DNA of 64,000 nucleotides from an uncultured Pseudomonadales bacterium (GTDB lineage: Bacteria; Patescibacteriota; Microgenomatia; UBA1400; CAYXSR01): the NCBI GenBank assembly GCA_964430265.1, contig CAYSEI010000001.1, positions 61,574 to 125,573 on the forward strand. The letters are read 5' to 3'. Positions within the stretch are counted from its first letter, which is position 1, and each line of letters starts with the position of its first letter. Both the position numbers and the translations under genes were made by a program. Below the pieces are notes generated by a model that saw only the letters and a list, made by a program, of their open reading frames with translations, ran no database searches and was not told the origin of the DNA. This document shows, one piece after another, positions 18,296 through 27,820 of the stretch.

Positions 18296-18313
18296 AAATA
18301 TATTTTACCAAAA

Positions 18314-19192
18314 TTAGCCAAGCATTCTGCAAGCTTGAGCCTGGGATACTTCTTTAAAAACAACAGCTGATAACAGGTCTTGGGGGAATAGGTGAGTGCT
18401 GCGGCTAAGCTTTATGCTTGTAAGGATGCAGTCACTGTATGAAGCTTGAGCAATACCAAAATCACCTTCAATACCTTCCTGTGCTGGGAAATAGTCAAAT
18501 CTGTGCGGAGAATCTTTTATAAACTCCAAAACGTTTCTTAAAGTAATATGGTAGTTATTAGTATTTGGTCGTAATTCTGAATCCACTTTTTTAAGATGAG
18601 CTTCTACTTTAGCAAGATCTTTTCTAAGCGTTTGTTCCTCTGTTTGTGGATCTTTTAGATCAGGATGGTTAGAAAAATCAAAAACAACTGGAACATAGTC
18701 AGCCGGAGGTTGGTAGGGATCGGAAAATTGTTTTCCCAGCTCCCAAATTAAACCATCAGCTGGATCAATAATATTAAGAAATTTATCGTCCAACTGAGGA
18801 TGAATTCCTCTTTCTTCAAGAATTTTCTGATATTTTTTAAAATGAAAGTATGGGTTGGGGCTGCCCTGGATAGTGTATTCTGAAAGGTTAGCCATTGCTT
18901 TTGCTACTTTTTCGTCTGTGACAGGGTAAACTATAGGCAAAGCATAGAGCAGGGAAGCTGTTTCAATATATTCCTGTCTTTCAACCATTGCTTCGTAAGT
19001 GGGGTTAGTAGGAACTTCCGGAGTGGGGGTGGGTGTTTTATTCTCATGATTAGAGCAAGCGCCCAAAATTGAAGATAAGCCTAATATGCAGGTATTTCGG
19101 ATAAAAGTTCTTCTGTCCATTCTTGAATCATCTGTTTTGTCCGGTTGATTTAACTCTATTGGTTCTGGTTGAAAAAAGCTTTTTCTTTCCAT
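18314..19192 (-). CDS. Hypothetical lipoprotein with a twin-arginine-like signal
   Basis: The N-terminus reads ...RMDRRTFIRNTCILGLSSILGACS, with an RRxFI motif and an LGAC lipobox. Confidence 0.5.
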   Translation of the reverse strand: MERKSFFQPEPIELNQPDKTDDSRMDRRTFIRNTCILGLSSILGACSNHENKTPTPTPEVPTNPTYEAMVERQEYIETASLLYALPIVYPVTDEKVAKAMANLSEYTIQGSPNPYFHFKKYQKILEERGIHPQLDDKFLNIIDPADGLIWELGKQFSDPYQPPADYVPVVFDFSNHPDLKDPQTEEQTLRKDLAKVEAHLKKVDSELRPNTNNYHITLRNVLEFIKDSPHRFDYFPAQEGIEGDFGIAQASYSDCILTSIKLSRSTHLFPQDLLSAVVFKEVSQAQACRMLG

Positions 19193-19243
19193 ATGTTTTG
19201 GTATTTTACCATGAATTAAAAAGTAAGGAAATATAACTTGGGT

Positions 19244-20758
19244 TTAATTCTTTAAAATAGCAATTTCATTGATTTGTACAATAGTTTGGTTAAAGTTCAG
19301 GGTATCAGGAATTTTTTCTAAGTTTTCAATTATTGTGTATTTTAATCCGGGTTTGTCTTTTATTGGCTCTTTTCCTAGAAGCCAGCCAATGTAATAGTAG
19401 TTATCTGCAAAATTGTTTTCAAAATGATCATAAGGACCGATTCTTGATAAAGAATACGATTTTTCTCCAGAATCAACCACCACTATTTTCATAATCTTTG
19501 TTTGCAGAGAATAGGGGATATAGTGGGGGTTAAGTGAAACTTCATTCTTTGGAAGGTAATACCATTGCTTGGAAAAATAGAAGTTGGCGGAGACTAAGGA
19601 CAAGAATATGATTATGAATCCCAAAATCCTATTTTTTACAGTAGCTGATAGTTTAAAATTTAAAAGCCAGGATGCTAAAAAAATTTGAGGCAAGGGTAGG
19701 ATAGGAAGGAAATAATGGAGTGGAGGACTGGTGTGAATAAATAAGGCAACAAATGACCAGGCAGTTAAAAAAAGAAGAAATATCTGTATGCTATTTTTTT
19801 CTTTAAATATTTTCTTGATATTGCGATATATAAGAGTAAAGGGTCTTTTATAAATAATTAAGAAACCGGCAAGGATTAAAAGATAAAAGGAAGTAGAAAA
19901 CTGCCAAGGAAAAGTTTTGGGGAAAAATGAAAGTTTTAAAAAGCTTGTAAAACCACCAACAGTATCTGTAAAACTTGCAGAAGTTAGATTGTTCTTAGGG
20001 TATAGATGTAGAAAGCCAGCAATTCTATAAGGAATCCACAAAACAAACTTGGATATCATTTGAAAACCATTAAACACATCATAGATTAATAAAGGTGACA
20101 AAGGAATTAAAAAACCAAGAATAATTTTTTTCCATTTAATGTTTTTTTTTGTAAACCAGAAAACGGACAAAGTTGCCGGTATTAAAACCAAAGCCGTCAA
20201 GTGAAAATTAATAATTATTCCTAATAAGAGTCCCATAATAAAAGCATTTTTATCTTTTTCCAAATAGTTAGCCAAAAACCAGAAATAGAAATATAGAAGA
20301 AAAGGTACTAAGCAGAAAAATCTTGCTGATCGATTAAAATGTATAAATATTGGTGAAACAGCAATAAAAAAAGAAGAGAGTAGAGCTGTTTGTTTATTAA
20401 AAAACCTTTTAACAACAATATAGTTCAAAGGGATCATTGCTGTATAAATTAATGCAAAGAAATAAGCGGGTGCTAGAGGCGTGTAATTGGCAAGTAGCAT
20501 AACAGGAGTCATTAAATAGTAGAAAAGAGGTCCAAAGTGCAACCAAGGATGGGAAGTCGGAGGTCCAATAAAAGGTATCTTTTTATTTTCAATAAAATCT
20601 TTAATTGCTAAATAATTATCACCTTGTTCTGCATTGAAAGACATTATACTAGGAAGCCTATAAAAGCGCAGAAAAGCGGCGAGGGCAGTAATTAAAAGAA
20701 TTAAAATAAAATAAACATTTAATTTCTTCTTCATACTATAACTAATATTATACACCAT
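19244..20758 (-). CDS. GT-C family glycosyltransferase (PMT/ArnT-like, GT39/GT83)
   Basis: The 504-aa polytopic membrane protein has an N-terminal LRFYRL...PPTSHPWLHFGPLFYY motif region. Confidence 0.7.
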   Translation of the reverse strand: MVYNISYSMKKKLNVYFILILLITALAAFLRFYRLPSIMSFNAEQGDNYLAIKDFIENKKIPFIGPPTSHPWLHFGPLFYYLMTPVMLLANYTPLAPAYFFALIYTAMIPLNYIVVKRFFNKQTALLSSFFIAVSPIFIHFNRSARFFCLVPFLLYFYFWFLANYLEKDKNAFIMGLLLGIIINFHLTALVLIPATLSVFWFTKKNIKWKKIILGFLIPLSPLLIYDVFNGFQMISKFVLWIPYRIAGFLHLYPKNNLTSASFTDTVGGFTSFLKLSFFPKTFPWQFSTSFYLLILAGFLIIYKRPFTLIYRNIKKIFKEKNSIQIFLLFLTAWSFVALFIHTSPPLHYFLPILPLPQIFLASWLLNFKLSATVKNRILGFIIIFLSLVSANFYFSKQWYYLPKNEVSLNPHYIPYSLQTKIMKIVVVDSGEKSYSLSRIGPYDHFENNFADNYYYIGWLLGKEPIKDKPGLKYTIIENLEKIPDTLNFNQTIVQINEIAILKN

Positions 20759-20956
20759 GCTTAAAATTAAGAGTAAAGTGCTTTAAAATAGCTAAAATAT
20801 TGTCCGACATAATAAAGTATAAAAAATAACAGATTGTAACAGAATAAATATACGACTAATACATATGGGGGTATATGCTTATACAGTGGGAATGTATTAG
20901 GAAGAGCTAGCTTCTAGATGGAAATTACTTGAAGCTTTTATGCAGTTCTTTTTTTC

Positions 20957-22090
20957 TTAAAGATTTGATTTAAAAAATTTCTCAATTTTATTTGTAGTCT
21001 TTAACCAGGTAAATTTATTAATAACTTTGTTTCGGGCTTTTATTCCTAAATTTTCTATTTGTTTCTTATTTTTCAATAATTTTCTTACAGTTTTTGCAAA
21101 TTTTAAGGGTTCAGATCTTTCAATAAGATAGCCATTTATCTTATGATCTATAATTTCTGAAGGTCCTCCTTCGTTTACTGATATAACTGGAGTTTTACAG
21201 GCCATTGATTCAAGTAAAGATAACCCAAAAGGTTCTTTATAAGCACCGTTTAAATATAAATAAGATTCATTTAGATAATTTATTAATTCGGCATTTTTAG
21301 CTTTTTTAACAAATTTAATTTTGATTTGTTTATTATTTGCAATTTGTTTAATTTGTTTTTCTTGATTTCCTTCATAACCAGCAATAAGGAGTGTTGTAGT
21401 CATATCTGGGTAGTAGTGATTTAAAGTTTGGATAACCCAATGATGGCCTTTTAGAAAAGTGTAAGAACCAATTGATATTAAATACTTTTTATTCTTTTGA
21501 GTTGGTTTATATTTAAAGGAATCAACTCCTAAATATATTGGCTTGGAGTTTCTATTATAAATTCTGTTTATTTGTTCACTTGTATATTTAGAGTTCGTAA
21601 TAATATATTTGGCTTTTCTAGTGTTTAAAAAATCTATATGTTTAATGGGGTATCTATATAATTTTATAAGATTCATTTTAATAAATTTTGCAATTTTTTG
21701 AGTTTGAAATGTAGTTTGTTCGTAAAATTCTCGATTAGGTTCCTGACAAAAGTAAAAAGAAGGAGTTTCAAGATATTGGAGAAGATAGGGAGCTTGGGTT
21801 ACAATACAAGGATTTACAAAAACTAAATCATATTTCTTACTATCAATTTCTTTTGCAATTTTTTTCTGACAAAAACTTAATTCATTTAGTAATTTATATA
21901 AATTTATTTTTTTATTTATCTTATAAGTAAACTTTTTTTCTACTAATTTATCTAAAGTAAAAAAACTATCATTAAATAGGTCTAATGTATAACAATCAAT
22001 TTGGTTATTAAGTGAGAGATTTTCTGTAATTTTAAATAAACTCTTTCTTGCACCTCCAGGAGGTAGATTATGAAAGATTGCTATTTTCAT
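20957..22090 (-). CDS. Glycosyltransferase family 4 (GT-B)
   Basis: It has an EPFGLSLLESMACKTPVISVNEGGPSEII motif, matching the E-x7-E region. Confidence 0.8.
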   Translation of the reverse strand: MKIAIFHNLPPGGARKSLFKITENLSLNNQIDCYTLDLFNDSFFTLDKLVEKKFTYKINKKINLYKLLNELSFCQKKIAKEIDSKKYDLVFVNPCIVTQAPYLLQYLETPSFYFCQEPNREFYEQTTFQTQKIAKFIKMNLIKLYRYPIKHIDFLNTRKAKYIITNSKYTSEQINRIYNRNSKPIYLGVDSFKYKPTQKNKKYLISIGSYTFLKGHHWVIQTLNHYYPDMTTTLLIAGYEGNQEKQIKQIANNKQIKIKFVKKAKNAELINYLNESYLYLNGAYKEPFGLSLLESMACKTPVISVNEGGPSEIIDHKINGYLIERSEPLKFAKTVRKLLKNKKQIENLGIKARNKVINKFTWLKTTNKIEKFFKSNL

Positions 22091-23208
22091 TTAATTTTTT
22101 TATAAAATTGAATTAATTTTTGTGTACTTTTTTGCCAAGAAAATTTTTGTGAATGTTTATTGCCAGATTCAACATAATGATTTTTTTGTTTTGAGGAGAC
22201 TATGATTGTTTTCATAGAGTTAATTATTTCATTTGTACTTTTGGGATTTATTTTTATTGCTGAATCATTTGCGGCTTCCTCAATTCCTCCAGCATTTTTA
22301 GATGTAATTACTGGTGTATTCGATGACATAGCCTCAATAATTGGAATTCCAAAACCTTCATATAAAGAAGGATAAAGTAATGCTTCTGCACTTGAATAAA
22401 GCTTTGCTAATTCCTTTTCTTTTATATTTTTCAGGAAAATTAAATTTTTATATTTATTATCTAATTTTTGGTTTTTTCCTAGTATTACAAGCTGGAACTT
22501 ATTTTTATATAATTCATTAAACTTTAGAAATGCTTTTATTATTCTTAAGGAGTTTTTTCGAGGGGATAGTTCATAAAAAGAAAGAAAAAAATCCTTATTA
22601 ATGCCAAATTGATTTTTTATTTCTTTTTTATTTTTATCTGAGTATGGTTTAAAAATATTAGAATCAACACCTGGCTTTATGACCTCAATGATTCCTTTAT
22701 ATTTTGTTTTTTTAAGAATCTCATTTTTTGTTGAATTGGACTCAACAACTAAATATTTACAACTGTTTTCTACTCTTTTTAATTTTTCTTTATGTAGTTT
22801 ATAATTAGATTTTGATGTCCAGCTTGGATAATCGAGAAAATTCAAATCATGTATTGTAGCAATTCCTTTAATATTCCTAAGGGGAGGATGATAGACCCCA
22901 AAAGAGTGAAAAATATCGGTGTTTCTTATTAAGCAATCAATAAAAGGATAATTTAGCTTTTGCCAAATTAAAAGAACATCATTAGTTATTTTACTAGGTA
23001 AGGGAATTATTATCTTCTTAGGTTGTTTAAAGTTAGACTCCAAAAAACTAATGAAGTTTTTATGTGTTTTTATTGGACAATAGGAGAATAATGTAAGTTT
23101 AATATTAGGATCTATATCTAAGTTTTTAAGAATATAATAAGTGTATTTTGAAGACCCACTATTGATGCCATTTATTAAAGTTGAAACATCTATTGTAATT
23201 TTGAGCAT
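22087..23208 (-). CDS. Glycosyltransferase family 4 (GT-B)
   Basis: It has a YEGFGIPIIEAMSSNTPVITSKNAGGIEEAA motif. It overlaps the downstream GT4 gene by 4 nt. Confidence 0.8.
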   Translation of the reverse strand: MLKITIDVSTLINGINSGSSKYTYYILKNLDIDPNIKLTLFSYCPIKTHKNFISFLESNFKQPKKIIIPLPSKITNDVLLIWQKLNYPFIDCLIRNTDIFHSFGVYHPPLRNIKGIATIHDLNFLDYPSWTSKSNYKLHKEKLKRVENSCKYLVVESNSTKNEILKKTKYKGIIEVIKPGVDSNIFKPYSDKNKKEIKNQFGINKDFFLSFYELSPRKNSLRIIKAFLKFNELYKNKFQLVILGKNQKLDNKYKNLIFLKNIKEKELAKLYSSAEALLYPSLYEGFGIPIIEAMSSNTPVITSKNAGGIEEAANDSAIKINPKSTNEIINSMKTIIVSSKQKNHYVESGNKHSQKFSWQKSTQKLIQFYKKIK

Positions 23209-23250
23209 AGTTTATTATAAATGATTATAATTAATAAAATAAATTAATAG

Positions 23251-25818
23251 TTGAGCAAAACTCTAAACCTAGTTAGAAATATCTTAATTCTAAATTTTAG
23301 TTTATTTTTTCTTTTTTGTCCTAAGTCGTGCAGAGCTAATGAAACTGTTTTTTTTGAAGAAAATTTTAATTCTTCAACTTCTGACTTTATGTTTTCTAGT
23401 AAGTGGGATGTTTATTCTAATTTGGGTACCATATATATTAATGAAGGTAATATAAAATTAGATTCGTTTTCTTATTCATTTCCATTTGTTAAAACAAAAA
23501 TTAATCCATTTCCAGAAGAAGATTTTGTTTTAGAAATGAAGCTTAAATATTTAAGATCAGCTAATTGGGGAACAGGTATTTCTATTGGTACAGAGGCACC
23601 ATATAATGGAATTAGCCAAGAAGAGCTTTTAGATCTTGGAAATGATGTACAAATGTTTTTTATTTGGCAAGATGATCATAGAGATTTCCATGTTTCCTCA
23701 AGAAATTGTTATCAGTGTAACCCAGAAGTAACTGACTATCTCAATTGGGAGGAATCAGTAAATGAAGATTTATTTTTGAACATTATGTACATTGATGGAT
23801 ACTATGAAGTTATTTTGAATGATGTTTCCTACTTCAGAAGTTCACAAGCTGTAGTAAAAAAGCCATCTGTTATTTGGTTTGGAAATCCAATTTCGATAAC
23901 TACTGATGGGTCTCCATGGACAAGCTTTGAAATAGACTATATTAGAGTCAAAACTTCTGGATATACGCATCCAGTAATTCTTCTTCCCGGACATGGTGGG
24001 TCTTGGTGTTGGGATGGTTTAATACTGGGAAAAGAATGTAATGAGTGGAAGCAGACACCATTTGTTCATGTTTATGATAATTTTAGAAGTTCAATGTTAA
24101 ATGCAGGATATACAGAGGGAGTAGACTATTATGAATTCTATTATGATTGGAGGGATCATTTGGATAATCTTGCTGCAGATTTGGATACATATATAGATAG
24201 TACTGTTTTAAATGGAAGTCAGGATAATACAAAAGTTAAGCTTGTTGGGCATTCAATGGGAGGATTGGTATCTCGCACATATGCACAAAATTATGGAACT
24301 GAAAAGCTAGAAAAAGTTGTAACCGTAGGTTCTCCCCATAAAGGCGCATTAGCGGCCTACAGAGGATGGGAAGGAGGAGAAACGACTGAATATCCTTCGT
24401 GGCGCAATGTAGCTTTTGAGATTTTAGTGCAAATTCATAAAGATTTTTTTGAAAATCGTATGAAAGCAGTGCGTGAACTTGCTCCGTCCACAAAAGAAAT
24501 GATTCCAATATTTGATTTTCTTAAAGAAAATGACGGAACTATAAAAAAATCGGATTCTCTGATTCATACTAATAATTTCCTAATCAATCTTCAGGAAAGT
24601 ATGGATGGAACTTTAAAAAGTATTATGGCTACAGTCAATGGAAGGGGAGAGAATTCTGTTGAATATTATGTAATTAAGGATAGAAATGTCTTAGATAAAC
24701 TTATGGGTAGATGGGAAGATGGAAGAGTTGAAACTCGGGAAATGACAGATGAGGGTGACGGAACTGTTTTAACAAAAGGAGCGGAAATAGAGGTAGTTAA
24801 TACTGAAACTTTAGATATGGGTCATACAGAATTAATTGAAACATATGAAGGATTGGAGAAGATATTTAATGCTTTAAACATTAATGTTACTCCTAATATA
24901 GTGAGTGTGCCAAGTCCAATTGAAGATGCTTTAGTATTTATCATCCGCTCACCAGCAAAATTAAGAATAACTGCATCTGATGGAGAACAAGCAGGCTATG
25001 GAATAGATAATCCAATTTCTGGAAGTGAATATTATGAAGAAGAGGGTATTGTAATAATTCATCAATTGCAGGAAGGTGATTATAAAGTGGAAGTGATTCC
25101 CACTGGGAGCGGAGAATACCACTTGGATATTGGCAAAATTAAACAAGAAATAAGTGATTGGAAGACATTTAAAGGACAGATTGATGATTTAGAACAAAAA
25201 GATGAATATAATTTCGTATTTTCGTCGGGTAGTGAAGAGGTTGTGCTTGACACCCCCAAAGATGGTGTAAATTATGTTCAATTATCAATAATTAAACTTA
25301 ATCATCTTGAAAATTATATTCGCAATAACGTTGAAGAACCCCAAAAAGACCAGTTTATATGGCATATTAATATAATGTTAGAATATTTACAGGCGCTTAA
25401 AGAAAATGAAATTGAGTACAAATATACATACAATACCATGAAACAATCTTTTTTACTACGAAGAAAACTCGAAAATATAGAAAATGAGCAAAATCGTGTT
25501 TATTGTAAAAATCAAGTTGATGAAGTTATCAAATACTTAAAATATGTGTTGATCAATCGACTCCAACAAAACATATCAAACCCTAATATTCAGAAAATTG
25601 ATAATTTTTATTATGCAAATAATAATACAATTGATGATTTAGAAGATGATTTGGAAATTGAAGCAGAAAAAGGACCTAATAATGTATTAGCAAGCTTATA
25701 TAAATCAATTTTGAAAAGTAAGGAAACGGCAGAGAATACAGAAAGCTTTGAAAAATGGGCGGAGATTTTTTCTAATCGCTTCTACCTCTGGAGTCTTTTG
25801 AGTTTATTAAGTAATTAA
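23251..25818 (+). CDS. Secreted multidomain protein with an alpha/beta-hydrolase lipase/esterase domain
   Basis: It has a signal peptide, a nucleophile elbow (GHSMGG) in VGHSMGGLVSRTYAQNYG, and an upstream VILLPGHGGSW oxyanion region. N- and C-terminal domains of unknown function flank the hydrolase core. Confidence 0.7.
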   Translation: MSKTLNLVRNILILNFSLFFLFCPKSCRANETVFFEENFNSSTSDFMFSSKWDVYSNLGTIYINEGNIKLDSFSYSFPFVKTKINPFPEEDFVLEMKLKYLRSANWGTGISIGTEAPYNGISQEELLDLGNDVQMFFIWQDDHRDFHVSSRNCYQCNPEVTDYLNWEESVNEDLFLNIMYIDGYYEVILNDVSYFRSSQAVVKKPSVIWFGNPISITTDGSPWTSFEIDYIRVKTSGYTHPVILLPGHGGSWCWDGLILGKECNEWKQTPFVHVYDNFRSSMLNAGYTEGVDYYEFYYDWRDHLDNLAADLDTYIDSTVLNGSQDNTKVKLVGHSMGGLVSRTYAQNYGTEKLEKVVTVGSPHKGALAAYRGWEGGETTEYPSWRNVAFEILVQIHKDFFENRMKAVRELAPSTKEMIPIFDFLKENDGTIKKSDSLIHTNNFLINLQESMDGTLKSIMATVNGRGENSVEYYVIKDRNVLDKLMGRWEDGRVETREMTDEGDGTVLTKGAEIEVVNTETLDMGHTELIETYEGLEKIFNALNINVTPNIVSVPSPIEDALVFIIRSPAKLRITASDGEQAGYGIDNPISGSEYYEEEGIVIIHQLQEGDYKVEVIPTGSGEYHLDIGKIKQEISDWKTFKGQIDDLEQKDEYNFVFSSGSEEVVLDTPKDGVNYVQLSIIKLNHLENYIRNNVEEPQKDQFIWHINIMLEYLQALKENEIEYKYTYNTMKQSFLLRRKLENIENEQNRVYCKNQVDEVIKYLKYVLINRLQQNISNPNIQKIDNFYYANNNTIDDLEDDLEIEAEKGPNNVLASLYKSILKSKETAENTESFEKWAEIFSNRFYLWSLLSLLSN

Positions 25819-25831
25819 AGCAGAAAATTTC

Positions 25832-26947
25832 TTAAGTTAGAATTTTACCTTCTTTTAAAACAATTTTGTTGTCAACTTTAATAATTGAACCGTCCAAACG
25901 CATGTCTTTGACAATATCCCAATGTATTGCAGATTCGTTTTCCCCGCCGCCGCGTTTTTCTTTATAAGCTCGTCCAAGTGCCATATGAATGGTTCCACCA
26001 ATTTTTTCATCAAAAAGAGTATTTTTCATTACCTGGTAAATTTCGTAGTTGGCACCAATAGCAAACTCACCTATATATCTTGCACCTTCATCAGTATCAA
26101 GAGCCTTTTCAAGTGCTTTTTGTCCTTTACTGGCTTTGGCTTCCACGACTTTACCTTTTTTAAATTTTAAATATACACCTTCAACATCTCGGCCAAACCT
26201 TCTTGTTGGCAAGTCAAAAAATATTTCTCCTTCTAGGGTATTTTTAATTGGAGCAAGAAAAACTTCTCCGTCTGGAATATTTCTTTCTCCATAGCAGGCA
26301 AGTGCAAGCCTGTCTTTGATGGAAAAAGCCAATTTTGTCTTTTTCCCAAAGACCTCAACTCTTTTTCCCTTATCAAGGATCTTTTCGATTTTTTTCAACT
26401 TTTTTTTCATTTTGTTGTAGTCAATAATGCAAGCATTATAGTAAAAATCAAGGAGCCAGTCATAAGAAACTCCAGCATCCTGAGCCATTGATGGGGTTGG
26501 ATAGACTGTTAAAATCCAACGGTCAGAATCAATCATTTTGTCAATTAGAGGTTTCATTATTTTTTGTCTGGTAGTTAACTTTTCCGGCTTGATTTGAGCT
26601 AATTCCTTAGAATTACTAATTGAAGCAAGTCGGATAAAAGCATCTGCCCATTCAATCCGTGCATTGATAACATTTTCCGGGATTTGTTTTAACTGCCAAT
26701 CATTTGCAAGTTTGTAAAATTGATAGGCAAAGCCGCCTACTGAGCTTCTTCCAACAGTCATATCTAATTCACCAATATCAATAACAGGATACAGCCCCTT
26801 TTTAAGGCATTCAATATATGTGGCCTTTGCCAAAGAAAAAGCAGAAGAATCAGATACTGTAATTAATACTTTTTCCTTTTCTTTTAAATTAAGGGAGTGA
26901 TTAATAAATATTTTAGCCAGCTGGTGATCTTTAGGATGGGGAAGCAT
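25832..26947 (-). CDS. Aminopeptidase, M29 (AmpS/aminopeptidase T) family
   Basis: The C-terminus reads GEFAIGANYEI...GGTIHMALGRAY...ESAIHWDIV. The overall length also fits M29. Confidence 0.75.
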   Translation of the reverse strand: MLPHPKDHQLAKIFINHSLNLKEKEKVLITVSDSSAFSLAKATYIECLKKGLYPVIDIGELDMTVGRSSVGGFAYQFYKLANDWQLKQIPENVINARIEWADAFIRLASISNSKELAQIKPEKLTTRQKIMKPLIDKMIDSDRWILTVYPTPSMAQDAGVSYDWLLDFYYNACIIDYNKMKKKLKKIEKILDKGKRVEVFGKKTKLAFSIKDRLALACYGERNIPDGEVFLAPIKNTLEGEIFFDLPTRRFGRDVEGVYLKFKKGKVVEAKASKGQKALEKALDTDEGARYIGEFAIGANYEIYQVMKNTLFDEKIGGTIHMALGRAYKEKRGGGENESAIHWDIVKDMRLDGSIIKVDNKIVLKEGKILT

Positions 26948-26948
26948 C

Positions 26949-27749
26949 TTAAAAAGTTTCGTAGCTTAAAGTAATAGTAATAGAATAATCTGTTGATCCG
27001 GGCTGGATGTCTGTTGGTTCCCTGTCCATTTCTCCTGCTCCAGCAGGTGCCATTAATTCTCTTTGCAAAAAATAGTTGGGTGTATCAAGGTTTTCTTTGA
27101 CGTTTATAACATTACCCAATTTTAGTCCAGACAGTTTAGCTAGTTCATTTGCTTTGTCTTTGGCTTTGTCGATTGCTTGTTTTCTCAAATCTTTTCTCAG
27201 TTCCTCTTTTTTCTCTTCACTGAGTAAAAAGCTGATTCCGCCTACTTGATTAGCTCCAAGACTAGTAGCAGTATCAATTGTGTTGTTCATTTTTTCAAAG
27301 TCTGAAAGAGTAATTTGCAGATTTGAAGAAGCAGTATATCCAGTTACAGTTCTAGTGTCTCTGCTGTAATCATATTTAGGTCGAATATTGTAGTTTCTGG
27401 TTTTGATATTCTCTTCTTTTACTCCCAGATTTTTAAGTTCATTTGTAATATTATTAATAGTTTGATTTAGTTCATCTTGTGCTTGAGAAACTGTTGCTCT
27501 GTCAATTGTCATTCCCAAAGAAACTCTTGCCTGATCCGGAGTAGTGCTGACTTCAGCTGTCTCTGTTACCTGAAAAGTGTTTTCTTTGTCCACTGAGGTT
27601 TGTTTTACTTGAATTGGAACTGGTCCGGAAATTTTAAATAGCAAGGCGGCTGCAAAAAAAGTTGTCAAAATGGAAGCAAATATTGTTGCAAAAGGGGTTG
27701 AAAGATATTTTTCCAAAAAAGTTTTTTTATCTGTTGAAATTTCTACCAT
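26949..27749 (-). CDS. SIMPL/DUF541 domain protein (YggE-like)
   Basis: It has an N-terminal transmembrane helix followed by ...TGYTASSNLQITLSDFEKMNNTIDTA...AIDKAKDKANELAKLSGLKLGNV. Confidence 0.7.
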   Translation of the reverse strand: MVEISTDKKTFLEKYLSTPFATIFASILTTFFAAALLFKISGPVPIQVKQTSVDKENTFQVTETAEVSTTPDQARVSLGMTIDRATVSQAQDELNQTINNITNELKNLGVKEENIKTRNYNIRPKYDYSRDTRTVTGYTASSNLQITLSDFEKMNNTIDTATSLGANQVGGISFLLSEEKKEELRKDLRKQAIDKAKDKANELAKLSGLKLGNVINVKENLDTPNYFLQRELMAPAGAGEMDREPTDIQPGSTDYSITITLSYETF

Positions 27750-27820
27750 TATAAACCTCCGGAAATAATTTGTTGTTATTTTAACTATAAATCTATTTTA
27801 ATTGTAAAGCTATTTATCCG

